NCBI GenBank assembly: GCA_964501135.1 | Contig: CAZCRI010000003.1 | Coordinates: 18,654 to 82,653 of the forward strand | DNA from: an uncultured Candidatus Saccharibacteria bacterium | Lineage (GTDB): Bacteria; Patescibacteriota; CPR2; UBA1875; CAIMLA01 | DNA: 64,000 bases | Direction of reading: 5' to 3' | Shown here: positions 27,852 through 37,643 of the stretch, in pieces | How the letters are laid out: each line of letters starts with the position of its first letter | How positions within the stretch are numbered: the first letter of the stretch is position 1 | Position numbers and translations under genes: made by a program | The notes under the pieces: model-generated | What the model saw: only the letters and a program-made list of their open reading frames with translations | Told to the model about the DNA's origin: nothing | Database searches by the model: none

Positions 27852-28781
27852 TTAAATCTTTTCGATAATTCTGAGTTTGGCACTTCGGCTGCGTGGATTT
27901 GTTGCCAGCTCTTCCTCGGTTGCCACGATTGGCTTCTTGGTAATTACCACCCCGTCTGCTTCCTTGCCGCAGATACACTTGGGAAAATCTGGTGGACAGG
28001 TGCATGGGTTGGCCCGTTCTCGCATGAAATCTTTGACAATTCTATCCTCGAGCGAATGAAAACTGATTACTGCGAGCCTAGCTCCAGGTTGTAGCAGCTC
28101 CATCGCCTTGGGCAGAAACTCTCGAAGGACCCCTAGTTCGTCATTTACGACGATTCGGAGCGCCTGGAAAGTCTTGGTCGCAGGGTTTACCCGCTCTGGC
28201 CAAAATCTTCGTGGTATCGCTGCGGATACAATTTCAGCTAGCTCTTTGGTGGTTTCAATGTACTTTTGGTCTCTTGCTTCAGTGATTCTAGTTGCGATCC
28301 GGTAAGCGAATTTCTCTTCCCCGTACTCGCTGATGACTCTTGCCATCTCGTCTGTATCCCACTCGTTCACAATACTTGCTGCGGTAAGTGGATTTTCCTT
28401 GCTCATTCGCATATCTAGTGGTCCGTCTTCTTTGAATGAGAAGCCTCTTTCGGCTTCATCAAGCTGATAGCTCGAAACCCCGATATCTGCAAGAATTCCC
28501 CCGTCTACAGGCATCTCCTGGGCCGCTTGCGCAATCTCGGTGTAGTTGCCGAGATAAGGCATAAAACGCTCTCCGAAGGGCTGTAAACGCTTTGCAGCGT
28601 AGTCTAGGGCGGTTGCATCCTGATCAATTCCGATTAACCGTCCGTCTGGACCCGTAAGCTCCAAGATTTTCTCGCTGTGTCCCCCAAAACCGAGGGTTGC
28701 GTCGATAAAATTCTTATCACTTGTAGGTCTAAGACCGTGAATTACTTCTTGTAAAAGAACTGGAATGTGTGGGCTGTTCAT
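27852..28781 (-). CDS. rsmH: 16S rRNA (cytosine1402-N4)-methyltransferase RsmH (MraW)
   Basis: SAM-binding DATLGFGGHS; start at MNSPHIPVL with RBS aggaga. Confidence 0.9.
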   Translation of the reverse strand: MNSPHIPVLLQEVIHGLRPTSDKNFIDATLGFGGHSEKILELTGPDGRLIGIDQDATALDYAAKRLQPFGERFMPYLGNYTEIAQAAQEMPVDGGILADIGVSSYQLDEAERGFSFKEDGPLDMRMSKENPLTAASIVNEWDTDEMARVISEYGEEKFAYRIATRITEARDQKYIETTKELAEIVSAAIPRRFWPERVNPATKTFQALRIVVNDELGVLREFLPKAMELLQPGARLAVISFHSLEDRIVKDFMRERANPCTCPPDFPKCICGKEADGVVITKKPIVATEEELATNPRSRSAKLRIIEKI

Positions 28782-28954
28782 CTTTTTCTCTCCTGTGAGC
28801 AAGTAGCTAGCAGTCAGTTGAGCAAGTAGTGCTCGTGACTTTACGTAGAAATTTAGTTGGGCTAAATTTGAGGTGGATGTTATAGATAGAAAGGTGCGTG
28901 CTGGCTGCTAGCTATCTGCTGAGGAGAAAACCGTATTTTACTGTAAAGGTTCGC

Positions 28955-29386
28955 CTAAATACCCAGTTCTTCGGCAATATTGACACTGTCCTTCTCGACT
29001 TGAGATTTGTATACTTCCCAAGCAGCTGGTGCCCAGATCTCGACATGGTCACCAAGGCCAGTAACTACAGTGGCGCCCTCGATACCAGCGTAACCACGAA
29101 GGGCGGCTGGAACGTTGACTCTCCCCTGTTTATCAATCTCTACTGGAAAGGCGCTGGCAAGCATAAAACGAGCGTAAGCACGAGCTTTTGCCTGTGTTAG
29201 GGGCAAACTCATAAGACGCTCTGCCTCAAACTCCCAACCTTCCTTTGTAAATATAGAAAGACAATTATCTAAGCCCTTCGTAACCACAGCCCCTTCTGAG
29301 AGCTGACCACGAAACTTGGCCGGGATAGCTAGCCTTCCTTTGTCGTCTATATTGTGTTGATATTCCCCGATAAACATCCGTATCAC
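28955..29386 (-). CDS. mraZ: Transcriptional regulator MraZ
   Basis: Tandem MraZ/AbrB-fold repeats: MFIGEYQHNIDDKGRLAIPAKFR ... GRVNVPAALR. Confidence 0.9.
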   Translation of the reverse strand: MIRMFIGEYQHNIDDKGRLAIPAKFRGQLSEGAVVTKGLDNCLSIFTKEGWEFEAERLMSLPLTQAKARAYARFMLASAFPVEIDKQGRVNVPAALRGYAGIEGATVVTGLGDHVEIWAPAAWEVYKSQVEKDSVNIAEELGI

Positions 29387-29518
29387 CTCTTTCCCTCGTT
29401 TACCCTAGAAAAATCGTAGAATTTTCTAGGAAAGGAGCAACCGAGCAATGGTGGAGCAAGTTACTTTAGTAAGTTGCGGAACCTGGTCTCGGATTGCGAC
29501 GCGTGGAGTAGGGGGAAA

Positions 29519-29545
29519 ACCCTCCGCTTCCCCACTATTCCCCAC
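29519..29545 (-). promoter_or_regulatory. Putative MraZ operator: direct repeats GTGGGG/GGAGGG with 10-bp periodicity upstream of mraZ
   Basis: Minus strand reads gtgggg-aata-gtgggg-aagc-ggaggg; MraZ is known to bind direct repeats with ~10-nt spacing in other bacteria. Confidence 0.4.
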
Positions 29546-29715
29546 GTGTCACCATTTTATACCACCATATACCACTTGTCTATACTTTTGAGAGATTTTC
29601 CCCCACTGTGCAGCATTTTAGCTTTATTTGCCCTTTGCATGGCTAAAATATAATAAGTAAAATCCCCCACTTGTCGTGCACTTTGTACACTTATCCACAT
29701 AGCAAAAAATTTCAT

Positions 29716-29742
29716 AATAAAAAAGAGCCGCAAGTGCGGCTC
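29716..29742 (-). terminator. Rho-independent terminator after rplA
   Basis: gagccgc-aagt-gcggctc with T-run on minus strand. Confidence 0.6.
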
Positions 29743-29762
29743 TAGTTATGAACAGGGAAAAA

Positions 29763-30611
29763 TTATTTAGTAGCTAGCTTTACGCCAGGTCCCATAGTAG
29801 TTGCAAGCGAGATTCCCTTGATGTAGGTCCCCTTTACACCACTAGGCTTCACACGAACGATAGTGTCGAGTAGTGTGTTGTAATTCTCTACTAGCTTCTC
29901 CTCGTCGAATGATACCTTACCGATGATGAGGTGCATCGTACCAGTCTTGTCGACTTTGTACTCGATCATGCCCTTCTTGATATCGGCAACAACCCTACCT
30001 ACGTTTGGCGTTACAGTGCCAACCTTTGGATTTGGCATCAGACCCTTGGTACCAAGGATTTTACCAATCTTACCAAGTTTTGGCATCATATCTGGAGTGG
30101 CGACTACGATTTCGAAATCGAGCCAACCCTTTTCGATCTTGGCAATAATGTCTTCGCCGCCAACAAAATCAGCGCCCGCATCCTTGGCTTCCTTTTCCTT
30201 CTCACTACCAACAATCGCAAGTACCTTCTTGGTCTTACCTGTGCCGTGGGGAAGAACTAAGCTCCCGCGAACCTGTTGCTCTGAATTTTGAGGATCAACG
30301 TTCAAACGAATGTGAACTTCTACAGAAGAATCAAACTTGGTAACTGCAGTCTTCTTCATAACGTCTACAGCTTCCTCGATGGCATACTCTTTGGTCTTAT
30401 CGACAATACCGACTACAGCGCGGTACTTCTTACCAAAACGCTTTTCGGAATGCTTAAGCTTCTTTTTGTCTGACTTGACAGCAATTTTAGTGCTTTTCTT
30501 TGCTGCAGCCTTCTTTGGCTTCTCTGCGACTACTTCGGCAACAACTTCTGGCTGTACTTCGGTAGCTTCTACGACTTCTTCGGTTTTCTTTGTGGCTTTC
30601 TTCTCTGCCAT
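29763..30611 (-). CDS. rplA: 50S ribosomal protein L1 with ~50-aa K/E/A-rich N-terminal extension
   Basis: Canonical L1 core after extension. Confidence 0.9.
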   Translation of the reverse strand: MAEKKATKKTEEVVEATEVQPEVVAEVVAEKPKKAAAKKSTKIAVKSDKKKLKHSEKRFGKKYRAVVGIVDKTKEYAIEEAVDVMKKTAVTKFDSSVEVHIRLNVDPQNSEQQVRGSLVLPHGTGKTKKVLAIVGSEKEKEAKDAGADFVGGEDIIAKIEKGWLDFEIVVATPDMMPKLGKIGKILGTKGLMPNPKVGTVTPNVGRVVADIKKGMIEYKVDKTGTMHLIIGKVSFDEEKLVENYNTLLDTIVRVKPSGVKGTYIKGISLATTMGPGVKLATK

Positions 30612-30668
30612 GGTATTCTCCTTTGTGGTTCAAACCTCCGACACTATGTCCGGAGTCCCACTATTGGT

Positions 30669-31094
30669 TTATTTTTCTACTTCGATGCCCATGCTACGTG
30701 CAGTTCCGGCAATAACCTTTTCGGCTTGCTCGATGCTGTGTGCATTTAGGTCTTCCATCTTCTTTTCAGCAACTGCGCGCAACTGGTCTTTGGTCATGGT
30801 AGCAACTTTGTCTTTCTTTGAGTTTGCAGAACCCTTGGCTAGACCAATCTCGCTCTTGATAAGAACTGAGGCTGGTGGCTGCTTCATGATAAAGTCAAAT
30901 GTGCGATCCTCGTAGATATTGATAACACAAGGAATCGTAACGCCCATCTTGTCCTTCGTCTTGTCGTTGAACTGAGAACAGAAGTCCATGATGTTTACAC
31001 CTGTAGGCCCGAGAGCCGTTCCGACTGGAGGAGCAGGATTAGCCTGTCCGCCCTTGACTTGAAGTTTTACCTTCTTTGTAATTTTCTTTGCCAT
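30669..31094 (-). CDS. rplK: 50S ribosomal protein L11
   Basis: [25 protein letters not shown] is the typical L11 N-terminus. Confidence 0.95.
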   Translation of the reverse strand: MAKKITKKVKLQVKGGQANPAPPVGTALGPTGVNIMDFCSQFNDKTKDKMGVTIPCVINIYEDRTFDFIMKQPPASVLIKSEIGLAKGSANSKKDKVATMTKDQLRAVAEKKMEDLNAHSIEQAEKVIAGTARSMGIEVEK

Positions 31095-31244
31095 TTTATC
31101 TCCTTCGTGGTTTTAGCGAGCGTTTGCTCTCCCACTAACTTTACATTTCTAATTGATATTGAATTCATAAATTGATTTATCTATAACTGTTTCCCGTGCT
31201 GTTTCGAGCTAGTTTCCCGCTTTCGCGGGAATGACGGGAGGGGA

Positions 31245-31787
31245 TTAAATCTTTTTTACTTGTAGACTGTCGAGCTCAACTGGGGTTTCGCGGCCAAACA
31301 TGTTGACCATAACCTTGATCTTACCCTTGTCCTGATCGACATCCTCTACCGCACCATCAAAGCTCTTGAAAGGCCCGTCGATGATACTAACTAGGTCACC
31401 CTTGCGTAGATCAATCTGGAACTTAGGCTCTTCGATACCCATACGACGCTGAATCAGTGAAACCTCAGCATCGCTCATTGGGATTGGAGCAGTACCAGAA
31501 CCGATGAAACCAGTAACCTGAGGCGTGTTGCGTACTACGTACCAACTATCGTCAGTTACAATCATTTCCACCATGACGTAACCTGGGAAGATTCGCTTCT
31601 CGACTGTACGACGACGACCATTCTTGATTTCGATGGTTTTTTCCTTTGGTACAATGACGTCAAAAATCTTGTCCGACATATCGAGAGACTTGATTCTCTG
31701 CTTCAGGTTATCCGCAACTTTCTCTTCGTAACCAGAGTAAGTATGGATAACGTACCAATTTCTACCTTCACTAACCTGCTTTGACAT
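31245..31787 (-). CDS. nusG: Transcription antitermination factor NusG
   Basis: NGN + KOW domains; WYVIHTYSGYE start. Confidence 0.9.
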   Translation of the reverse strand: MSKQVSEGRNWYVIHTYSGYEEKVADNLKQRIKSLDMSDKIFDVIVPKEKTIEIKNGRRRTVEKRIFPGYVMVEMIVTDDSWYVVRNTPQVTGFIGSGTAPIPMSDAEVSLIQRRMGIEEPKFQIDLRKGDLVSIIDGPFKSFDGAVEDVDQDKGKIKVMVNMFGRETPVELDSLQVKKI

Positions 31788-31796
31788 ATGTGGCTC

Positions 31797-32000
31797 CTAT
31801 TTCTTCAACGTTAGTAACTGTGCGAGGCCTTTTTGTAGGCCGAAGTCTGTGAGACCGAGGAAAACCCCGATAACAAGCGACAGTATCAATACTGCCAGGG
31901 TCATTTCGAGAACCTGCTTTCTAGTAGGCCAAACGACCTTCGAAAGCTCGATCCACGACTCTTTGAAATATCCAGTGATTTTACCGAAAAATTTCTTCAT
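31797..32000 (-). CDS. secE: Preprotein translocase subunit SecE
   Basis: Small single-TM protein directly upstream of nusG. Confidence 0.8.
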   Translation of the reverse strand: MKKFFGKITGYFKESWIELSKVVWPTRKQVLEMTLAVLILSLVIGVFLGLTDFGLQKGLAQLLTLKK

Positions 32001-32083
32001 TTTCTCTCCAAAATTCCTTGGATTTTAAAAAAGCCTCTCGGCTTCTAAATACAGTAATATTCTACCTAAAATATACCGTTATG

Positions 32084-33349
32084 TCAATCACTTTGAGGTG
32101 CCGGATTTAAGACTACTGAAGATTTCTGCACTACTGGGTTTGTGCCTTCATTCAGTCTCTCGTCTAATTCTGAAATAACCTCGCCAATTTGTTCAATGAC
32201 ACCAACAACAAGAGCATTCCCCATACAAAAAAATCTGAATTTCTCAGGCATACCAGTATTTGTCCAGTTGGCTGGAAACCCATTTATCTTTTCCGCCTCA
32301 ACAGGAGTTAATGTTCTAATCCCGTCTTTATCCTCTACGTAATGAGTACTACGATTAATGCTCGACTCCGAGGTCAACATTGTTCTAGCTGGCCTTGTAG
32401 CGGGGTCTGGGAAAACAACTGTCCCTTCTGCATAGTTATAAGTAAATCCATCCTTAGTTGTTCTTACTTCCCTTTTCCCCTCTTTGGTTTTTTTTGCGGC
32501 TGCCAACTGAGAATCCGAGAGGTAATAACGTTCATCAGCGCCTTTTTCAAGAATATCACCCAGCAACGCACGCTTTCCAAAATATACAGGTTCATAGTCT
32601 GACATTTTAACAACTCCAGAAATCATTGAACCAATATTTAGAAACTTCCCAGAATCGTACTTCTCGGAGACTGAAAAAGTATCAGAGAACCTAGCCATAT
32701 CAAAAATGACTTCTTTGCCTTTTAGCTTGTAATTAAACTTACCCTTATAGAGGTGATCTTCTGATAATTCAAAATTACCTCCACTATGTAATTTCAAATT
32801 TCGTTTATAGGCAAAAATGTAAACCCTTCGTCTTCTTTGTACGAAGCCGTAGTCAGCCGCGTTAACAACCATCCACTGAACATCATAACCATTCTTATCA
32901 AGAGACTTCAGAACAATCGCAAAATCTCTTCCTCGCTGTGAGGATGGTGATTTCAATAGCCTATCCACATTTTCCAACAAGATGTATTTTGGATTTCTTT
33001 TTGAAATAATTTTATCAATTTCCCACCAGAGGACGCCCTTTTTCCCTTGAATTCCAGCAGCTTTCGTTCTGGCTACCGAATAATCCTGACAAGGAAATCC
33101 CCCTACCAATAAATCATGCTTTGGCGGATTTTGTGCCAATACCGCGATGTCTTCGTTACTATGGAAGTCCTCTCTAAAGTTCTGTTGATAGCAATCAAAT
33201 GCGTGTTGAGACTTTTTACCTGGCTCCCATTGATTGGCCAAAATTGTCTCAAAAGAGCTACTGGCTGCCTCCAGACCAAGTCGAAAACCACCTACACCCG
33301 CGAAAAGCTCTAATACCTTAATTTTATTGTCTGATTTATTTTTATTCAT
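32084..33349 (-). CDS. DNA (cytosine-5)-methyltransferase
   Basis: Motif I FAGVGGF, motif IV GGFPCQDYS, ENV motif (LLENV). Confidence 0.9.
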   Translation of the reverse strand: MNKNKSDNKIKVLELFAGVGGFRLGLEAASSSFETILANQWEPGKKSQHAFDCYQQNFREDFHSNEDIAVLAQNPPKHDLLVGGFPCQDYSVARTKAAGIQGKKGVLWWEIDKIISKRNPKYILLENVDRLLKSPSSQRGRDFAIVLKSLDKNGYDVQWMVVNAADYGFVQRRRRVYIFAYKRNLKLHSGGNFELSEDHLYKGKFNYKLKGKEVIFDMARFSDTFSVSEKYDSGKFLNIGSMISGVVKMSDYEPVYFGKRALLGDILEKGADERYYLSDSQLAAAKKTKEGKREVRTTKDGFTYNYAEGTVVFPDPATRPARTMLTSESSINRSTHYVEDKDGIRTLTPVEAEKINGFPANWTNTGMPEKFRFFCMGNALVVGVIEQIGEVISELDERLNEGTNPVVQKSSVVLNPAPQSD

Positions 33350-33421
33350 AATTTATCTGTTACTATTATAAGTGTAACAAAGGTTCAAGTAAAGATCAAT
33401 CTTTAAAGAATGGAGTAAAAC

Positions 33422-34036
33422 ATGGAATATACTGTTTATTCACATCGCCACGGGTTAGCTGTAGCGCTTTCAGAGGAAGATAATCGAAGGCTCTGGACTG
33501 AGATTCTCGAATCGCTCGACTCTATAAGCGAGGAGGATATTATTAACTCTTTTCAAAACACCGCCAGAAAGACCAAGAGCATTTCCGATACGATAAACAA
33601 GCTTATTGACGAGCGCATGGTGGCAAAGAACTGGCATAGACAAAGTGAAATATTCAAAGACTCACATTACAAGAGTGAATCATACCGCCTAGATTTTGCA
33701 AAAGGAAACTATTCAGTAGAGGTCGCCTTTAATCACTCACAAGTCGCCCCGTGGAATCTAATAAAACCCGTACTAGCAAGTGAGCTTAATCACGTTGAGA
33801 AAGAAATTCAAACAGACATCGGGGTCATAATCTGTGCAACTCACGACATGCAGAAAGCCGGCGGATTTGATAATGCCATCGGAACGGCAGAAAAATACCT
33901 TGGCCTACTAAAGCCAATGTACAATATGCTAACCACTCCTACCATCATAATTGCCCTAGAGAAACCCAAATCTTTCAAAATAGCCCAAACAAAAAACAAC
34001 ATTCAAAGGTTTGATGCTGTTATTGAAAGAATTTAA
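33422..34036 (+). CDS. Putative Type II restriction endonuclease (divergent partner of the C5-MTase)
   Basis: Divergently transcribed 72 bp from the MTase start; possible D...E-x-E-like segment RLDFAKGNYSVEVAF; family not recognised. Confidence 0.35.
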   Translation: MEYTVYSHRHGLAVALSEEDNRRLWTEILESLDSISEEDIINSFQNTARKTKSISDTINKLIDERMVAKNWHRQSEIFKDSHYKSESYRLDFAKGNYSVEVAFNHSQVAPWNLIKPVLASELNHVEKEIQTDIGVIICATHDMQKAGGFDNAIGTAEKYLGLLKPMYNMLTTPTIIIALEKPKSFKIAQTKNNIQRFDAVIERI

Positions 34037-34428
34037 GTTCTCTTACCTTCTAGATATTCTTCAATTACTGGGACGATGTTGGGCGCAGAGTCTGTAGGTA
34101 AATGACGAACATCAAACCAGTCCCACTCTCGGATATCTGCCCCCGGAGTAATCTCCCCTTTTCTGGTAGATAAGTAGTGGATGAGTATTACGACTTTATC
34201 GGGCATATCTATCATCATTGGCTTTAGCGGCCGAATAAGATCTACAGCAAGGCCCATCTCTTCCATGACTTCGCGCTTGGCAACCTCCTCGAGCGAGATG
34301 TCGGTCTGCTCTGCCCTACCACCGACAAACTTCCAAAAGGCATCGTCACCGTGTTTGTTGAGGAGTACCTTCCCGTTCTCGATGATTACCGGGCCGGAAG
34401 CAATAATAATAGGTTTAGTAGATTTCAT
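34033..34428 (-). CDS. NUDIX hydrolase
   Basis: Nudix box GGRAEQTDISLEEVAKREVMEEMGL. Confidence 0.8.
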   Translation of the reverse strand: MKSTKPIIIASGPVIIENGKVLLNKHGDDAFWKFVGGRAEQTDISLEEVAKREVMEEMGLAVDLIRPLKPMMIDMPDKVVILIHYLSTRKGEITPGADIREWDWFDVRHLPTDSAPNIVPVIEEYLEGKRT

Positions 34429-34477
34429 GAATATATTTTAACATAAATAAAATAACCCTGATTATTCATGGTTATTT

Positions 34478-34551
34478 TGGCAGGGGCGGAAGGAATCGAA
34501 CCCTCAATAAAGGTTTTGGAGACCTTCGTTATACCGTTTAACTACGCCCCT
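34478..34551 (-). tRNA. tRNA-Trp (anticodon CCA)
   Basis: Cloverleaf parsed by hand: acceptor aggggcg/cgcccct, anticodon stem aaggt/acctt, loop ctCCAaa, T-loop ttcgatt, 3' CCA encoded. Confidence 0.85.
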
Positions 34552-34577
34552 TCAAAGCCCACTTCGGGGCTTACATA

Positions 34578-34748
34578 TTATTTAGTTTCTTTGTGCAGTG
34601 TGTGAACGTGTTCGCGCTTACAGAACTTCTTGATTTCCAAGCGAGCTGTAGTGTTACGAGTGTTTTTTGTAGTAGCGTAATTACGCTCCTTACATTCAGT
34701 ACACTCAAGTGTAATCACTGGACGAATGTCTTTTTTCTTAGTTGCCAT
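34578..34748 (-). CDS. rpmG: 50S ribosomal protein L33
   Basis: [32 protein letters not shown]...; only the C-terminal 56 codons of ORF-track entry 34578-35006 are real. Confidence 0.9.
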   Translation of the reverse strand: MATKKKDIRPVITLECTECKERNYATTKNTRNTTARLEIKKFCKREHVHTLHKETK

Positions 34749-34768
34749 TTGATCTCCTAATCTTTCTA

Positions 34769-34844
34769 TGGAGCCCACCACCAGGATTGAACTGGTGACC
34801 TCATCCTTACCATGGATGCGCTCTACCGACTGAGCTAGGTGGGC
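34769..34844 (-). tRNA. tRNA-Thr (anticodon GGT)
   Basis: Acceptor gcccacc/ggtgggc, D-arm agctcagtcggtagagc, anticodon stem catcc/ggatg with loop atGGTaa, T-loop ttcaatc, CCA encoded. Confidence 0.85.
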
Positions 34845-34870
34845 GCAAATCGGCTTAATAATAATTAATA

Positions 34871-34956
34871 TGGTGGGGAGTGAGGGATTCGAACCCCCGA
34901 AGGCGTATGCCAACAGATTTACAGTCTGCTCCGTTTGACCGCTTCGGTAACTCCCC
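34871..34956 (-). tRNA. tRNA-Tyr (anticodon GTA), type II with long variable arm
   Basis: Acceptor ggggagt/actcccc, anticodon loop ctGTAaa, long variable arm, T-loop ttcgaatcc, CCA encoded; 86 nt. Confidence 0.85.
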
Positions 34957-35161
34957 ACGTCGTCGGAATCCGCTAACGTATTTTGATGCCACCGCTTCAG
35001 TAGCACCTATCTACTTTCGCGATTCCTCCTCTTTCGACAAAACCCAGGTTTTGTCGAGTAACCATCGAAAAGCGTTAGATTTTCGATGGAAAGGAAGAAT
35101 AACGAGAAGCCAAAGTGGTTTTATTTTGTAAAACTGCGACGGCTGTCAGTTTATTCTGACG

Positions 35162-35236
35162 TGGAGCCGCCTGTCGGACTTGAACCGACGACCGACTGTT
35201 TACAAAACAGTTGCTCTACCACTGAGCTAAGGCGGC
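35162..35236 (-). tRNA. tRNA-Thr (anticodon TGT)
   Basis: Acceptor gccgcct/aggcggc, D-arm agctcagtggtagagc, anticodon stem actgt/acagt with loop ttTGTaa, T-loop ttcaagtcc, CCA encoded. Confidence 0.8.
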
Positions 35237-35314
35237 GTAATAAAAAGAGACGTCTGGAGGCCTCTTTGAACCAGAATATTATAACAAAAAGAGAGGCAAA
35301 GGTCAACGAAAGCG

Positions 35315-36043
35315 TTAGCTTTGGTCTAGTCTTGCGAGTTTACGATGCGCTTCTAGGTTTGCCGGCTCAAGCTCTACTATCTTCTCCAGAGCTTTCTTTG
35401 CCTCTGACTTATCGTCTGCTGCGAGTGCTGCGGTAACTAAAGCATTCAAGTAACCCATATTCTCTGGCTCTAGATCGACTGCGCTTGCGAGGGCACTTAC
35501 CTGTCGCTTTATATTGCCAGCCTTCTCTGCCGCCAGCGCCAGATTGATATAACGGTGTGGGACGTGCGTATCCAGAGCTACAGCATGTTCGTAAGCCGTC
35601 ACTGCTTCGTCATATTTCTTGAGCTGCATCAACGCCATACCGAGGCTAGTGAGAGCGGTATCGTTTGTTGGCTCGAATTCAATTACCTTTTTTAGTGCTT
35701 CTGCAGCACCCTCGAATTCGCTCTGCTCGAGATAGAGATTACCAAGCCCGAGATAGGCATTGACGTTCTTGTGGTCCTTTACCAGGATGGCAAGGTATTT
35801 CTTCTCCGCTTGTTTGAAACGATTACCTCGAACCAGCTTGTTTGCTTCCTTGATGATACCTTTGTGCTCTCTTTCAGCTTTTTTTTCTGTCTTCTCGGTG
35901 TCGAGAACCTCCTGAATACGCTCCCCGATCTTCTTTACTTCACGTTTTTGACCCAAGATAATTTCGGTATCGTTTCCGGTACCCTTGATCGCAAAATATA
36001 AAACCGCCCCACCAATTACAAGTAACAAGATGTAAGAGATCAT
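35315..36043 (-). CDS. Membrane-anchored TPR-repeat protein
   Basis: N-terminal TM then repeated A..Y..G / LGNLYLEQSEFEGAAEALKKVIEFEP TPR units. Confidence 0.7.
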   Translation of the reverse strand: MISYILLLVIGGAVLYFAIKGTGNDTEIILGQKREVKKIGERIQEVLDTEKTEKKAEREHKGIIKEANKLVRGNRFKQAEKKYLAILVKDHKNVNAYLGLGNLYLEQSEFEGAAEALKKVIEFEPTNDTALTSLGMALMQLKKYDEAVTAYEHAVALDTHVPHRYINLALAAEKAGNIKRQVSALASAVDLEPENMGYLNALVTAALAADDKSEAKKALEKIVELEPANLEAHRKLARLDQS

Positions 36044-36699
36044 TTTACTCTCCTTGCCACCGGTTTATTCCCTGCTTCATAGGCGAGGCAGCACATTAGT
36101 CTGCCGCACATACCGGTTACTTTACTGGCGTTTACGTTATTTTCATATTGATCTCTAGCCATATCCATAGTGACACTCTCAGTACGGGTAAGAAAACGCT
36201 TACAACAAACTGGCTGACCACAAATCCCGTAGCCATCAAGTAATTTCGCCTCGTCCCTAGGACCGATCTGGCGCATCATGACGCCCTTTTTCCACTCCCG
36301 GGAAAGCTCACGGATCAGGTCGCGGAAGTCTACCCTGGCATCTGCCGTAAAGTAACAAACTACTTTTTCACCATCAAAGGAAAGCTCGGTTCGTACCGGC
36401 TTCATCACAAGAGATCCGGCAAGAACGGCTTCTTTGAAACGGTCAAAATATTCTGCGCCACCCTCGATCATGCGATTGTATCGATCGATATCTTTCTCAT
36501 CTGCGACGCGGATAATCTCCTTCACGTCCTCTTCATTCTCTGGCTTAATCTCCTTGTTGAGATAAACTACCCGGCCAATCTCCTTGCCTTGCGCTGTCTC
36601 GACCAAAACCCAATCATTAAGCTCCGGCTTGGCTACGCCTGGCTTGAAATCATATATTCTAACTGCAGAATTAAACTGCACACCAACAACTTTTAACAT
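36040..36699 (-). CDS. PSP1/YaaT-family protein (RicT-like)
   Basis: C-terminal Cys cluster CGQPVCCKRF...MCGRLMCCLAYE typical of PSP1 domain; follows holB as in many bacteria. Confidence 0.75.
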   Translation of the reverse strand: MLKVVGVQFNSAVRIYDFKPGVAKPELNDWVLVETAQGKEIGRVVYLNKEIKPENEEDVKEIIRVADEKDIDRYNRMIEGGAEYFDRFKEAVLAGSLVMKPVRTELSFDGEKVVCYFTADARVDFRDLIRELSREWKKGVMMRQIGPRDEAKLLDGYGICGQPVCCKRFLTRTESVTMDMARDQYENNVNASKVTGMCGRLMCCLAYEAGNKPVARRVK

Positions 36700-37610
36700 T
36701 AGATACTCCTCAATAAAACTGATTCGAAAACTAGCTTTGGATTAATATTTTTTCTTAGTAATTCGTCCCCTGCTGCAAGTGCATCTAGCGCGGAAACGAT
36801 GTCAGTAAGTTCACTCTCCTTTTTTTGCAGCTCAGTTGCTAGCAAAATCCTGCGAATAGTTGCTGAAATAGCTGGAATCTGATCCCTGAGCCCTTCCTTG
36901 ACCGAGGCTAGCTTGGCTGCTAGAAAGAGTTTATCCACGATACTATCTGAGCGGAAAACACGGAGGAAATTCTCTCCTTCGCGAATCTGAGCATTGGCAT
37001 CTACCTCAGTCTCACTGAGTCCGACTGCCATCCCGACGCGTCCAGCAGCTACAATCGAGAGGTCCTTGGCCCGCTCCTTCTTTACCCCTAATTCCTGATT
37101 CAGGTATTCAAAAACTACCTTGTCGGAAACTGGCCCAAAATTCACTTGTCTGGTGCGTGAAACAATCGTAGGAAGCAAGGTAGCCTTATTCTCGGTCGTC
37201 ATAATGATTACCGTATTGTCCTTTGGCTCCTCTAGCGTCTTTAGAAACGAATTGAGCGCTTGGACGGTAAGATCCTGGACGTGAGTAATGACCGCCACAC
37301 GATATTTGGACTGGTATGGCATCATGGCAAGCTGCCTAGTAATTTCACGAACCTCTTCGACCCCAGCTCCGGTACTAGAGAGAAAGTGGAGATCTGGATG
37401 CGACATAGAAGCTACCAGGTGGCAACTCGGACAATCACACTCCTCCTTCGCCTCTAGCTTGCAAAGTAGTGTGCGTGCCATCTCGACTGCAAAAGTGGTT
37501 TTGCCCACCGATACCGGCCCGGAAAACAAATAGGCATGGCTGAAAGTCTCGTTCTTTAAAGAATCCGAGAGAATTTTCTGGGCTTTTTCGTTGCCGATAA
37601 TCGCTTTCAT
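36699..37610 (-). CDS. holB: DNA polymerase III delta-prime subunit
   Basis: AAA+ P-loop GPVSVGKTTFAVEMARTLLC and Zn-module-like CDCPSCH. Confidence 0.85.
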   Translation of the reverse strand: MKAIIGNEKAQKILSDSLKNETFSHAYLFSGPVSVGKTTFAVEMARTLLCKLEAKEECDCPSCHLVASMSHPDLHFLSSTGAGVEEVREITRQLAMMPYQSKYRVAVITHVQDLTVQALNSFLKTLEEPKDNTVIIMTTENKATLLPTIVSRTRQVNFGPVSDKVVFEYLNQELGVKKERAKDLSIVAAGRVGMAVGLSETEVDANAQIREGENFLRVFRSDSIVDKLFLAAKLASVKEGLRDQIPAISATIRRILLATELQKKESELTDIVSALDALAAGDELLRKNINPKLVFESVLLRSI

Positions 37611-37643
37611 GTTCCGTTATTATACACGGAATGAGGCCTTTTC

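Noticed and set aside
34578-35006. 142-aa ORF on minus strand spanning 34578-35006
   Set aside because: Only the last 56 codons correspond to ribosomal protein L33. The upstream part runs through tRNA-Thr and tRNA-Tyr genes and is a frame artefact.
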